DNA of 64,000 nt from Mustelus asterias. Taxonomy: Eukaryota. How positions within the stretch are numbered: position 1 is the first letter of the stretch; the number at the start of each line of letters is the position of its first letter. The DNA is taken from positions 108,996,001 through 109,060,000 of the forward strand of contig NC_135809.1 in assembly GCF_964213995.1 (NCBI RefSeq). The letters are read 5' to 3'. The notes beneath the pieces were generated by a model, which saw only the letters and a list, made by a program, of their open reading frames with translations, ran no database searches and was not told where the DNA came from. Both the position numbers and the translations under genes were made by a program. Below are positions 13,201 to 28,200 of the stretch, piece by piece.

Positions 13201-16200
13201 TTCCCAAGTCTCCAATTCTATTGTCATGCATCTTTCCGATGCCATCCCCTCTCTACCATGGCATTGTCATCCCATTCCATTCTGTCCTTTCCATGTCACC
13301 ACTCCAGTGCCATCACCTTCCTCCCACTTCTCCTATGCCATCCCCATCCCAGGCATTCCATCTTTCCAATTCCTTCCCCTTGCAATTCCCTCGCACCCAA
13401 GGCACCCTCCTCCCATCTCAAGCCATTTCATCCTTTCCATGTCACAGCTTCAATGCTATCCTCTCCCTCTCATTCCTCCCATGCCATCCTGATCCCAAGC
13501 CATTTCATTCATTTCATGCCATCCTCTCATCACCCCTCCAAGCCAAACCCATCCCATGGATTTATATCAGTATATTTGATGTAGTGTAAATGGAGGAATA
13601 TGAATGAAGACTACTTGCAAATTCAATTTTGGTATTTATTAATTAAGGACACTTTCTATTTCAAAATTTTATTATATGAGGAAATGCTGAAGATCAAGGA
13701 GAAATTGATTGGAGTTTAAGTGGCCAGGCAACTAGCATGAAAATACCAATCTTTTCAAACATGTGCCTTTTGACTGTTTCTTAATTTTTACTTCAGTAAT
13801 TATAAAGGTGCAAGTCTATTTAAAAAATGTTTATTTGTAGGGTGCATTTCTCTTTTAACATAATCAAAAAAAGTGACTGGTTGAAGTTTATGAATATTTC
13901 CAAAGGCAGGGAAGTGCTGTGGTTTGGGGAAAAGTTCCAGAGAACAAGGATGCATCAAAGTTTAACACAACCAATGTTGGTATTTAGTAAAGTCTGAGCA
14001 GTGGTGACCATTTACTGATTTCTTTGGATTGATCACCACAATGAAAAGCTTGGACTCAGGGTACAATTCTCCCATCTGGGACTAAGTCCCATGATGGGGG
14101 CAGGGATGGGGAGTATCTGCCATTGCAGAGGCCAACAGAAAGCAGAAAGGACGGGAGGAGGATATTTTGGGTGAGAAGGGGGTGGCATGGGGGATGGGAT
14201 CAGAAAGATGGGTGGCAGTGGCATTGGAGAAATGGGAAAGAATAAAAGAAAAAAATGCATTTTCTTCAGGGTTACTTTTCAGTTTGTCAGTCAGATGTTT
14301 CCAATTTCTACAGTTAAGACATTAATTCCTAAAACGAAAAGTTGTATTGTAAAACATATAAATTTTGAATGAGATATTCACAACAAAGTATTAGGTTGAA
14401 CACTTAAATCTTCATTATTTTATGTAATGTTTAATTTCTCATATATTTATATTCCATCCAGGCCAAAATCAAGATGATGAAGAAAAGCAATCATTTCTGA
14501 AGAAAAAGTCACCTGACTCTGGAACAGCATTGTGTGCTGGGCCAGGTACACCAGAAACTGAAACTAGTAAGCCATTAACCATTTGTACCATCCATTATCT
14601 TTCATTTATCCACCTGAATCCCTATTTATCTGTTATTCAGGTAAAACTTAAGTTTACATTTGAAGTTTCAATTCTCCAGGTTCAATGACATAAGGGCACT
14701 CAAATTTAATACACAGGGCCACACAAATTCGGAGCAGGAGTAGGTCACTCGGCCCTTTGAACCTGCTCCAGCGTTTGATAAAATCATGGCTGATCTGATT
14801 GTAACCTCAACTCCACATTCCTGCCTGCCCCTGTTAACCTTTCACCCCTTGCTTATCAGGAATCTATTTAACTCGGCCTTACAAATATTCAAAGACTGTT
14901 TCCACCATCTTTTCAGGAAGGGACTTCCAAAGACCCATGATTCTTTCAGAGAAAACATTTCTCCTCAGTTCTGTCTTAAATGGGCCACACTTTATTTTTA
15001 AACAGTGAGCCAGACCAATCAGACTAAAGTTATCGAGGTGTTGCTGCTGCGAAACATATTTAATGTCAGTGTCATGTTGGGAGAAATAGCAACCCACAGG
15101 TTTCCATCTCAGTGATTTGGAATCTCACCACTGACGATTATAAGAATGTAATCAGATGGCTCTTATTTTGTGTCTTCTGATACACTGGGTATGAGTTCTA
15201 ATTTTTAGTTTTTATAATCATGTCAGGATTTTACCAGTTCTCTGATTTGGAACAAATCTTATGTTTCTGCTCCATAAATGACGATCAACAAAACTATCAA
15301 ATTCCGATGAAAAACTTCAAAAAAGGTCATGGCAGAAATCTCTTGTTTAGAAATCCCAGATAGCTGTGGCACGGCCTCTTGATAAATTTGATTATTGAAG
15401 TGGTTATATGTCTGTTTAAGAAGTGCCACAACGCCTGGATTTTTCTGGCATACCGTGGATCCCAAGATCAGCACCAAATGTGTGAGCCCAAGTTGGTGGG
15501 AGGCAGGGCAGCAGAGACTATTTTACTAGCCTCAGTTCCTGATCTGCTGGCTCAACTCACAGCTACTATTACAAGTGACCAGTACTGAGGCTGCAAGAGG
15601 AAAGAAAAGGCAACTTCATGTTGAACTGCCCTCACAGTAGTGGTGATTTGATTTGATTTGATTTATTATTGTCACATGTATTAGTATACAGTGAAAAGTA
15701 TTGTTTGTTGCGTGCTATACAGACAAAGCACCCCGTACATAGAGAAGGAAAGAAGAGGGTGGAGAATGTAGTGTTACAGTCATAGCTAGAGTGTAGAGAA
15801 AGATCAACTTAATATGAGTTAGGTCCATTCAAAAGTGTGATGGCAGCAAGGAAGCAGCTGTTCCTGAGTCGGTTGGTATGTGACCTCAGACTTCTGTATC
15901 GTTTTCCCGATGGACGAAGATGGAAGAGAGTAGGTCCGGCGTCCCTAGGGTCCTTGATTATGCTGCTTGCTTTTCTGAGGCAGCGGGAAGTATACACAGC
16001 GTCAAATGATGGGAGACTGGTTTGCGTGATGGACTGGGCTTTGTTCAAGACCTTTTGTAGTTTCTTGTGGTCTCGGATAGAGCAGGAGCCATACCAAGTT
16101 GTGATACAACCGGGAACTTTTATTTCTATGTCAGGACCAGGAGAGCAGGCCCTGTGATTGGAAGGAATATGGCAGCCTCAGGGTGGCAAAGTGGCCATTG

Positions 16201-19200
16201 CCAATGATGGGCTACTCAGTGGGCCATGGAGTGGTTCAACTGGAAGGCCTCCCTCAAAGCTGCTGGGAGACTGCCTCAATTTCCCTGTACCATTCCCAGG
16301 TCAGAGATACTTTCTTCCCTTCTCTTTCGTTTGCCCTATAATTTCCTCATTTTCTCTCAGTTCTTCCACCCAGCCTTTCAGTTCATGCTCAGCGTTACAC
16401 ATAGAACATAGAACAGTACAGCACAGAACAGGCCCTTCGGCCCACGATGTTGTGCCGAGCTTTATCTGAAGCCAAGATCAAGCTATCCCACTCCCTATCA
16501 TCCTGGTGTGCTCCATGTGCCTATCCAATAACCGCTTAAATGTTCCTAAAGTGTCTGACTGCACTATCACTGCAGGCAGTCCTTTCCACACCTCAACCAC
16601 TCTCTGCGGAAAGAACCTACCTCTGATATCCTTCCTATATCTCCCACCATGAAACCTATAGTTATGCCCCCTTGTAATAGCTCCATCCACCCGAGGAAAT
16701 AGTCTTTGAACGTTCACTCTATCTATCCCCTTCATCATTTTATAAACCTCTATTAAGTCTCCCCTCAGCCTCCTCCGCTCCAGAGAGAACAGCCCTAGCT
16801 CCCTCAACCTTTCCTCATAAGACCTACCCTCCAAACCAGGCAGCATCCTGGTAAATCTCCTCTGCACTCTTTCCAGCACTTCCACATCCTTCTTATAGTG
16901 AGGTGACCAGAACTGCACACAATATTCCAAATGTGGTCTCACCAAGGTCCTGTACAGTTGTAGCATAACCGCACGGCTCTTAAACTCCAACCCCCTGTTA
17001 ATAAAAGCAAACACACTATAGGCCTTCTTCACAGCTCTATCCACTTCAGTGGCAACCTTTAGAGATCTGTGGATATGGACCCCAAATCTCTCTGTTCCTC
17101 CACAGTCTTCAGAACCATACCTTTGACCCTGTAATCCACATTTAAATTAGTCCTACCAAAATGAATCGCCTCACATTTATCAGGGTTAAACTCCATTTGC
17201 CATTTTTCAGCCCAGCTTTGCATCCTATCTATGTCTCTTTGCAGCCTACAACAGCCCTGCACCTCATCCACTACTCCACCAATCTTGGTGTCATCAGCAA
17301 ATTCACTGATACACCCTTCAGCCCCCTCCTCTAAGTCATTAATAAAAATCACAAAGAGCAGAGGACCAAGCACTGATCCCTGCGGCACTCCGCTAGCAAC
17401 CTGCCTCCAGTCCAAAAATTTTCCATCCACCACACCCACTTTCGAGCATTATCTACTCAGGGTTCATGCTCAGCAGTCTATCCAAGTTCATGCTATCATT
17501 GTCTACACAAATTAATGCTAACACCTTCTATCTATTTATCTTTTTCACTTTTCCTCACTCAGTTCATATCTCTCCTCAAGCCCAAACTCTCCTCTCTCTT
17601 CAACCTGGTTCAATTTAAGTTTCTTCTTTACTTGGCTCCTTCCTGTTACCTGAAGCTGCTGCAGACAGTTAATGAAACACGCTCAATGTTAATGTGCTAT
17701 TAATGAAAACAAAGCTAATGTGAGAATTCATCCTCTTGACAGGCAGCAGAGTTCTATCCCTGTGTACATTAGCAATATCAGGTCGCAAACATGGCCAAGA
17801 CAGAGGGCCCAGATACAAGCTGCTTTTCAAACTTGTGCCCAACTGCAAAACTCTTTGTGCACGGAATGTGTTGTGTCACTGAGGAAATCAAGTGTCAGGG
17901 AAAATGGACATGAGGAATGTTATGGTTCAGGTCAAGTGTTTTATGGAGCCCATCTGGATCTTAAGTTTTGCATCTTTAATTTGGCTTGGATATTCAAATG
18001 ATCCACATTTTATCAAACAAAGTTTATTAAGAATATAGTTAACATGTATAATAAGAAAATTAGCAATAACTCTTATCAATTATAAACAAGAAACAATACA
18101 ATCACTATATTGTATAACCCTATAACTATAATGTATAAACTCAGAACAGTTTGAAGTCAGAACAGCTTCCCAAAACACCAGGGACTCTGTAGGCAAGACA
18201 CCAACAGTTCCCCGTTCAGAAAGACGAGATCTTGCTTTCAACCAAACCGCAGAATTTCCAAAACCAGGGAGAGAAAGACTTCTTTTCAGCTTGATGTCCC
18301 TTCTAAAACAAAAACTCAAACTAAACAACAGCTCAAACTGAAAGGAAAGAACTCCTGTCACCTGACCTGCTAACCAAGTTTTTTCCTAACAATGCAGAGT
18401 CATAAACATCCCAGAAAAAATAAACAAACCCCTGTTTAAGCAGCAATAAAAGGCCTCTCGTAGACAGCCTGACAACAATGGGAAAAACAAACTGAAAAAG
18501 TTTGCTTACAGCTGCAGAATTCATCCTTAAATAAACACACTTCTTAAAGGTACAGTAACGTCACAGGAATGTCATGTCAGCCATGATTTATTGAATGGTG
18601 GAGCAATCTTGAGAGGCCAAATGGCCTTCTCCTGTTCCCATTTCTTATGGTCCCATGGTCAGCATTTATACTGTTTTCCACCTGTCTATGACGCAATATC
18701 CTAAACATTTCTCACAAATGCATTGGCTGGGATCTTCCAGCCCTTCATTGGTGGATCCACTGTGGAGGATACAGAACGCCAGTCAAAAGACCATTGGCTT
18801 TCAATACGATTGGAAGATCCCAGTGACATGGCAATAACAAAGCAATGGGCTTAAGGAAAAACTATTGGTTCTGGATTAACTCAGAAATACAGAAGATGTA
18901 ATCTTTGAAGACTACAAATTTCACATTACTGTATTTTATATTTTTATAACAAAGTTTTGGAATTTCATCAATGCTCTTTCAGTCTACTTGATAAGGGAAA
19001 ATTAATGTTCAGCATGAGAAACAATTCAGCATTCATCCAAAAGCGTTTATTGTAGTCTCAGTCTCAGAAATAAGAACATCTCTCCTTTGATACAGGTGTG
19101 TTGGGGGCGATTTTTCCCAAAAGAATTCTAAGTGTCGAATTTGCATAAAAACTGGAGTAAATCATACTGTTTTTTTCAATGGGAGTTTAAAAAAGAATCT

Positions 19201-22200
19201 CCCACACTCTGCACTGCAGAGTGCACTAGCGCGATTCATTTCAAAAACCAGTGGGCGGGGAGTATTCCCGCTGGAGAGGCCGGCAGCATAACGCTGAATG
19301 GGTCACTGTGCATGCGCCAATTTGTCAGTGCTGCAACCCTGCAATGCCAGCCATGCGACATCCCCCCCACCACTGGTAGCCTTAATGTCCCGCCTCCCCC
19401 ATCACCCACGTCCCCGGCAGTCCCAAAAGCCCACACCCCACGAATGCTGCCCCCTCCTCCCCCCCCCTCCCCGACTCCCCCTTGTGCATGAATTAGCGCA
19501 AAAGGCTAGAAATTAGATACAACAAGTAATCTGGAAAGCTAATAGAATGTTATTGCTTATTGCACGTGGGTAGGTGGGAATTTGGAGTTGTGTTTAGTCA
19601 GATCATTCATAAACTTACCGAATGTTAGAGCATGCTTAAAGGGCTGAGTGGTCCACAATGAAGAAAAAAATGTGTGCAAACTTATCATTTATTCACTCAT
19701 GAGCTGAGGCAACCTGTGGCAACATTGACACATCATACATTTATTGGCATCTTAAATTGCTTTGAGGTGGTGAGAATGATCCTTCAAAAGCACTGCAGTC
19801 TGTGTAGTGAAGGTACATTCACACTTTCCTACTTATCTCTGCATCATCAGAAAACTTAATGACAAATTTATATGAATTATAAAACGTTGAGGCAACAACA
19901 TTGGGGGCGGGGAATGGGGGGTGGGGGGGCATTGCTCGAGGTCTTCATCCCAGTGATGGGAAGTCAACGGGCAAATATTTCCAAGTCAGCATTGTGTAAA
20001 TCTTGGAGCAGCAGTTCCTGTGATGATGTTCCCATGCACCTGCTGTCCTAGTTCTTCTAAATGGCCATTGTTGCACATTTAACAGCAATTGAGAATGAAT
20101 TAAAAATAGTCCAATTGTTCATTATTGTTTCCATCAATTCAGTTTGTAATTTGTATCTAAACAAGAATTTTTAGGACAGAATTGATCAAATAAGTTTCTG
20201 TCACATGAATGCCTTTTGTTTTATAGTTGCGTTAACAATCGGTGATATGAAGAAACCGGACAAAATTATAGCTGGTGAGAAAACCAATCTGAGTTGGGAC
20301 GTTTCTGTGTTCAGTCCAAGGGAGGTGACAAATTTTGTCACATCTGTGAAGAGGAAAGGGGAGCAGGAAGCAAAGAAGTTATTTCACTGGGAAATCCCAC
20401 TGGACAAATTCAAAGGACCATTTGCAGTAACTCTCCCTCTCAACAATGTATCAGATTTATGTGAGAAAGATGATTCCTTCAGTGCTGAGATACCAGAATT
20501 ACAACGCGAATCTGATGGTTCTTTCTGCATTCCGTGTTCCATTACATTGTGTCCTGATGTATCTAAGGATGATGGTGCTGAGTTAATCTTTGAAATTAAA
20601 CAGGAAGGTACTGAGGAACCTTGGACTAAAAGCACAGTACTGAAGGTCACTGCAGGTAATTTCGGTACTTTGTACATCATACAAACTCTTGCAAACATGA
20701 TTGTGAAATCTTAAGCGGGAGATCATGACACCAACATAAAAACAGTTTTTGATGTTAACCCTTTCAATATGATGATGAAAATTAATAAGTCCTGCATAGA
20801 TTTGATGATTGGAACCATAGTCTAATGATTTGGTCAGAAGTTACTTGCTGTTTTCAATCAGGGTTCATTGGCCTTTGGCAGCTTTACATTCAAGCTCTGT
20901 GGGATAATGTGCAGGATCTCAAATATGTCCAGTGTGGTATGCACAGTAACTATTACTGACCCCAGGCACCCCAGATCTCTTCCACCTTCTTTTGTTGGCG
21001 AAAAGATACTAATCTCTGAGATCACGTACCAACCAACTCAAGAACAGCTTCTTTCCTGCTGCCATCAGACTTTTGAATGGACCTACCATATATTAAGTTG
21101 ATCTCTCTCTAAACCCTATGATTGTAACACTATTGGTGGGATTTTCTGCTCTTGCTCGCCCTGAAACCGGAAAATCCCACCCAAAGTCAATGAACGTTTC
21201 CATGGTCCACCCCTCACCCACTCCGATTCCCAAGGTGGGCAGGATGGTAAAATTCTCCCATATATTCTGCACCCTCTCCTTTCCTTAGAATCATAGAATC
21301 ATACAGAGCAGGAGAGGCCCTTCGTCCCTTCGAGTCCGCACCGACACATTAGAAACACCTGAACTCCCTCCTAATGCCATCTGCCAGCACTTGGCCCATA
21401 GCCCTGAATGTTATGATGTGCCAAATGCTCATCCAGATACTTTTTAAAGGATGTGAGGCAACCCGCCTCTACCACTCTCCCAGGCAGCGCATTCCAGACC
21501 ATCACCATCTTCTGGGTAAAAGTTTTTCTTTACAACCCCCCTAAACCTATGCCCCCTGGCGACTGACCCTTTAACTAAGGGAAACAGCTGCTTCTTATCC
21601 GATCTGTTCATGTCTCTCATAATCTTGTATACCTCAGTCAGGTCACCCCTCAGTCTTCTCTGCTCCAATGAAAACAACCCAAGCCAACCCAACCTCTCTT
21701 CATAACCTAAAATGCTCCATCCCAGGCAGCATCCTGGTGAATCACCTCTGCCCCACTTCCAGTGCAATCACATCCTTCCAATAATGTGGTGACCAGAACT
21801 GCATGCAGTATTCTAGCTGTGGCTAAAGTTTTATACAGCTCCAACATCACTTCCTTGGTTTTGTAATCTATGCATCGATTGATAAAGGCAAGTGTCCCAT
21901 ATGCCTTTTTCATTACCCTATCAACATGCCCTTCCGCCTTCAGAGATCTGTGGACAAACACACCAAGTCCCTTTGTCCCACAGAACTTCCTACCATTCAC
22001 TGAGTACTTCTTTGTCAAGTTACTCCTTCCTAAGTGTATCACCTCACACTTTTCAGAGTTAAATTTCATCTGCCACTTATCTGCCCATTTGACCATTCTG
22101 TCTATATATTCTTGTAGCCCAAGACACTCCGCCTCACTGTTAACCACCCGTCCAATCTTTGTGTCATCTGCAAATTTACTAATCTTACCACCGCCTCCCG

Positions 22201-25200
22201 CCCCCCGACATAGTCATCAATGTAATTTATATAAATGACGAATAATGGGGGCCTAACACAGTTCCCTGTGGTACGTCACTGGACACTGCCTTCCAGTCAC
22301 TAAAGTAGCCTTCTGTCATCATCTTCTGTCTCCTTCAACAGAGCCAATTTTGAATCCACTCATGTGGGACCTTGTCAAGGGCTTTGCTGAAATCCATACT
22401 AACTACGTCGACTGCACTACCCTCGTCTATACACCTGGTGACCTCCTCACAAAACTCAATCAAATTTGTTTGGCATTACCTCCATCTGACGAAGCCGTGC
22501 TGACTATCCCTAATCAAGCTTCACCTCTCCAAGTGGAGATAGATGCTCTCCTTCAGAAATTTCTCTCATGGTTTCCCTACCACTGACATGGTCCTTCACT
22601 ATGTATGGTATGCTTTGTCTGTATAGCACGCAAGAAACAATACTTTTCACTGTATGCTAATACATGTGACAATAATAAATCAAATCAGAATCAAATCCGT
22701 GACTGTGAATTTGGAACCTGTCTTGAAGAAGCATTATTTGACTAAATGAAACAAAATATAACTGATTGATGGTGTGGAATGTAGGAGAGTGTTCCAGTCA
22801 GCAAAATACTCACTTTGTCATCGGTAAACAGATTTATTTCAGGTTGTCACCCTTAACACGCTAATGGGAGCAAGAGATGATGGAAGCAATAAATGTAATG
22901 GAATGCCTTATGTTCTATTGAAAGAGGGGGAAACAATTGAGCTTCAAATATTCTTAGAAATATTAGCTACATCATTCAGTTATCTTGTCTGCCAGTCAGA
23001 AGGAAATATGTTGATGTTCTGCTCCATGATTTTGAGTAATTGTCTTGACTGACACCTCATATATATTTGATGCAACAATGCAATAACACAGTCATCCTCA
23101 TATTTGTACAAGAAAAAGTTATTTTTTTCAAATATTTGATTTAATTTTGATTTGATTTATTATTGTGACATATATTAACATACAGTGAAAAGTATTATTT
23201 CTTGCACGCTATGCAAACAAAGCATACCGTTCATGGAGAAGGAAACGGGAGAGTGCAGAATGTAATGTTACAGTCACAGCTAGGGTGTAGAGAAAGATCA
23301 ACTTAGTGCAAGGTAGGTTCATTCAAAAGTCTGACCACAGCAGGGAAGAAGCTGTTCTTGAGTCGGTTGGTATGTGACCTCAGACTTGAAATCAAATTTG
23401 ATTCCATTTTTCAAATTATGTAGCCCTTATGTATTTCAGCCTTTATGTATCCTGAAATTAGTTACATCGTTCAAAATCTTCCAGTCAGAAGGAAGTGTGC
23501 CGATGTTTCAGTTCAAGACATTGAACAAAAACCTTAACTGAAACCATGTGCATATTTGATGGAATGAGTTTTGTTAAATACAGAAATTGATTGCAGTTTC
23601 TGATTCAAGCGTTGTATCCTGACATTGAAGTAGGTTACTTTTACAACAAATACGATCCAGTAAATAAAATTGCTCATACAATTTGCACACAATTTTATCA
23701 CAAAACTGAGCATTTTTGCCAAATCTCTTCTAAATTCATGTTATCCAAAAAAACATCAGAGTACCTTCTGCTCCATTATATTACCAGTTTACACTATCAT
23801 ATGTTTTGTTTCATCTCACTTCAACAGGCACCTCTTCAAATTGCTCAAGCAATACTCCAAGTGAAATGGGAGTTCAACAGGACGGGAATGAAGGAACAGG
23901 GAAACCGGACACTGCAGGTGGGTTGATGATCTGGTCCACGATTTTCAGCAAATCTCTTGACTGAAACCTAGTACAGATTTGATGGAATGATGCAGTCACA
24001 AAGTCATCCTCACATTTATATTTAACTAAAGTTCCTTTTGTTAAATAAAGAAATTGATTGAATTTCCTGATTCGAATACCACTGATGTATCCTGACATTG
24101 AATTATGTTACTTTTTCGATGAATAAAATCGAGGGAAGAAGATTGCTTGTAAATGCTTTGGCAAATTGTATAACGAAACTGAACAATCCTGGCAATTCTA
24201 ATTGAAACTAATTGTCTGAGAGATATTCACAGCAGAAAGAAAAAACAACTAATAGTCCATTCTGTCTGTGAGAAAAAGTGTTGCATAAAAATTGGGATGC
24301 TTAATGAAGTACTTATCTGAGAAATAGGGATATTTATCCACAGATGAAAAGCATTGAGCTCAGCTTAATTCACATTTATTATTTTCTTATTCCCAAAACA
24401 ATCATCACTGTACTTTCTGCTCATTTGTGCTAATGGTTTACACTCTCATGTCATCTCGTGTTCAACTGGAATTGACAGATGCCTCGTCAAATGGACCAAA
24501 CAATACTCTGAGTGAAACGGGCAAACAAAAGTTTGAGAATGAAGGAACAACGAATCCAGACAATGCAGGTGGGTTGATGTTCCTGTCCAGGATTTTTTGC
24601 AAATATCTTGACTGAAACCTGGTGTATATTTGATGGAAATGTACAACTCACAGTCATCATCACATTTGTATAAGATAATGCTGTGTTTCTTAAGTATAGA
24701 AATTGATTGAATTTTCTGATTCAAATGCCACTGATGTATCCTGACATTGATGTATCTTACTTTTACAACGAATAAGACCAAGGAAAAAAATTGCTCGGAA
24801 ACTTCACGGCAAATTGAATAACAACACTGAGCAATTCTGCCAATATTATTTCAAACTGAGGTATCTACGGGGGCAGTAAGAAAAAATGACTGACAGTTCA
24901 TACTCAGTGTATGAGAAGATATTGCATAAAAGTTGCCCCTTGGTATCCAGAGATGTGTAGGTTCTGTAGATCAACCATGGTAAATATGCGGGGTTACAGG
25001 AATAAGTTTTAGGGTGGAGGGGAGGGCCTGGGTAAGATGATCTTTCGGAGAGTCAGTACAGACTTAATGGGCCGAATGGCCTCCTTCTACACTTTGGGGA
25101 TTCTGTAGTTATCAATGGGGAATTAGGGTCTTGATGAAGCAGTCTTCAGAGAAATGTGTAGCGCATGTGTAGTGGTCCCGATCTGTCAGACTCCCCGTTT

Positions 25201-28200
25201 TCTGGCCAGCCCAGGACCCCTGCAGTGCTGACCTCCAGCGCCCTCCCCACGGCCCGATCACGGCCCCCACAACAATTCCCAGGCCAACTCTGATTCCCCA
25301 CTGTCCCAAAGCACCCGGATGCACAGCCCACCAGCCCCCCCAGCAGTGGCGATCCCACCACTCCCCCTCCACCCAACAGACCCACCTCCGCCCGCTGATA
25401 CCCCTCCAGAGGCAGGCTCCCCCCCGCCCCGCCCTCTGGCAGAGCACCACCCCCCAGCCCGCCCCAATTGCTGCCCTCCCTCCATCCCAGACTGATCCTT
25501 TCTGCAGAGTGGCAGCGGGAACCCCACCCCCACCGATTGCCTCTCAGCCCACCCACAGTAGGCCACGCCTCTTGGCACTGCCCAATGCCCGGTGGGCAGT
25601 GCCAAGGTGCCCCATGGCCATGGACTTTGTCCCTTGGGCAGTGCCAAGGGGCACCGGCTGGCACTGCCAAGGTGCCCATGCCTAGGGGCACTAATCCCCG
25701 CCGCCACTCCTTCATTTCGGCAGGGTCTCCGGCTAGTTCCCCGAACATAGGGAGCTAGTGTAAACCCCGCCAGAATAAAGTACTCCTGGCGGGGTGGGAG
25801 ATTCAATTGGGACCTGAAAGTTCCCAATAATGAACTGCTAAACATATTTAAAATACATTTAAGACAGATTCAAATTACTTACCCGCCTTCCTGCCGGTTT
25901 CCAATGTGGTCTGACCGGTAACTGTTCGCCGGCTCTGGGAGATGCGCAATGCGTTCCCAGCGCATGCGCAAATCCCAGTACAAGGCCGGCGACACGCATC
26001 TCCCACTGCGACCAGCCAGAAAGGTTGCGGGTCACGATGGGAGAATCACCACCGGGAGTTCCACAGAATCAGAATGAAGCAAATGCTTTGACTGAAACCA
26101 GAATATGTTTGATGAAATGCTGCAACACACAGGCCAGAATTTTACCTGCACGCCCGTCCCAATTCTGGAGGCGGGCAATGCTTGGAGAACGGCATTCTCC
26201 ATTGGCCTCGACCGGGATCATATGAAACTCGGGTGGACGTGCTGGTAAAATTCTGCCCACACTCATCAACATATTTGTATCAGATAAAGCAGCTTTTGTT
26301 ATATGTAGAAATTGATTGAATTTCCTGATTCGAGTACCACTGAGGTATCCTGATATTGAAGTATGTTACTTCTCGATGAATGAAATTGAGGGGAAACAAT
26401 TGCCTGTAAATGCGTGTGTAAAACGAAACTGAACAGTCCTGCCAATCCTAATTGAAACTAATTGTCTGAGAGATATTCACAGCAGAAAGATAAAACAACT
26501 AATAGTCCATTCTGTCTGTGAGTAAATGTGTTGCATAGAAATTGGGATGCTTAATGAAGTACTTATCTGAGAAATAGGGATATTTATCCATGGATTAAAA
26601 GCATTGAGCTCAGCTTAATTCACATTTATTATTTTCTTATTCCCAAAACAATCATCACTGTAATTTCTGCTCATTTGTGCTAATGGTTTACACACTCATA
26701 TAATCTCGTGTTCAACTAGAATTGACAGATGCCTCGTCAAACGGTCCAAACGACACTCCGAGTGAAATGGGTGAACAAAAGTTTGGGAATGAAGGAACAA
26801 CAAATCCGGATACTACAGGTGGGTTGATGTTCCCGTCTCGGATTTTTTGCCAATGTCTTGACTGAAACCTAGTACATATTTGATGGAAATGTACAACTCA
26901 CAGTCATCATCACATTTGTATAAGATAATGCTGCATTTCTTAAGTATAGAAATTGATTGAATTTTCTGATTTGAATGCCACTGATGTATCCTGACATTGA
27001 AGTATCTTACTTTTACAACGAATAAGACGAAGGAAAAAGATTGCTCGAAACTTCTCGGCAAATTGTATAACAACACTGAGCAATTCTGCCAATACTAATT
27101 CAAACTAATTGCATGAGATTTATACGGGAGCAGTAAGAAAAAATGACTGACAATTCATACTCAGTGTAAGAGAAAATATTGCATAAAAGTTGCCTCTTAG
27201 TGTTCAGAGATGTGTAGGTTAGATAGATTAACCATGGTAAATATACTGGGGTTACAGGAATAATGTCTACGATGGAGTGGAGGGCCTGGGTTTCGGAGAG
27301 TCAGTGCAGACTTAATGGGCCGAATGGCCTCCTTCTACACTATACTTATCTATGGAGAATTAGGGTCCTGATGAAGCACCCTTCAGAGAAATAGGAATGT
27401 CTATCGGTGGATAAAAAACATTGAGCTGAGCTAAATTCACGTCTATTGTTTGCAAATTGGCCAAAACAATTTTCTCTGTCCTCCCTGCTCCATTATAGAA
27501 TGAGTTCACACTGCCCTGTAATTTTGTGTTCATTTAGAAACAACAAATGCCTCTTCAGGCAGTCCAAGCAGTTCTCAGTTTGAAACAGCAGTTCCACAGA
27601 ATCAAAAGGAAGTAACAATAAATCCGGATGCTGAAGGTGGGTTTATGTTCCCGTCCAGGAATTTGAGCAAATGTTTTGACTGAAACCAGTACATATTTGA
27701 TGAAATGCTGCAACACACAATCATCAACATATTTGTATCAGATAAAGCAGCTTTTGTTAAGTATAGAAATTGATTGAATTTTCTGATTCGAACATCAGGC
27801 AGTACTCCAATTGAAATGGGGGCCGCGATTCTCCCAAAAATGCTGAATTGGTGGGAAAACTGTTCTAAATCCCGACTGTTTCGTCAGTTCAGTTTCTCAC
27901 CCGAATCTCTGCACTCTGTGCACTGCCGAGGTCCCAGTTGTGATTATCATTAAAAAACTGGGGGGGCCTATTCACGCTGGAGTCTGACAGTTCTGGAACT
28001 CTGCGCATGTGTAGTGGTCCCGATCTGTCAGACTCCCCATTTGCTGGCCAGCCCGATCGTTGGCCAGCCCGGGACCCCTGCAGGGCTGACCTCCAGCGCC
28101 CCCCCCACGGCCCGATCATGGCCCCCACAACAATTCCCAGGCCAACTCTGATCCCCCACTGTCCCAAAGCACCCGGATGCACAGCCCACCAGCCCCCCCC

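Larger units (their letters stand above)
16373..24230 (+). repeat. Intragenic segmental duplication module A
   Basis: Begins gcctttcagttcatgctcagcg. Collinear with modules B and C: solo LTR, Ig exon, Rex fragment, small MITE, CR1 and, in B, the repeat exon. Boundaries approximate. Confidence 0.85.

Noticed and set aside
20205-20714. Treating the 169-187 aa ORFs (also 36480 and 62489) as single-exon genes
   Set aside because: Their N-termini (MNAFCFI) are translated polypyrimidine tract/acceptor and their C-termini run through a strong GT donor; an internal exon fits better. The read-through LYI is not a valid ITIM.
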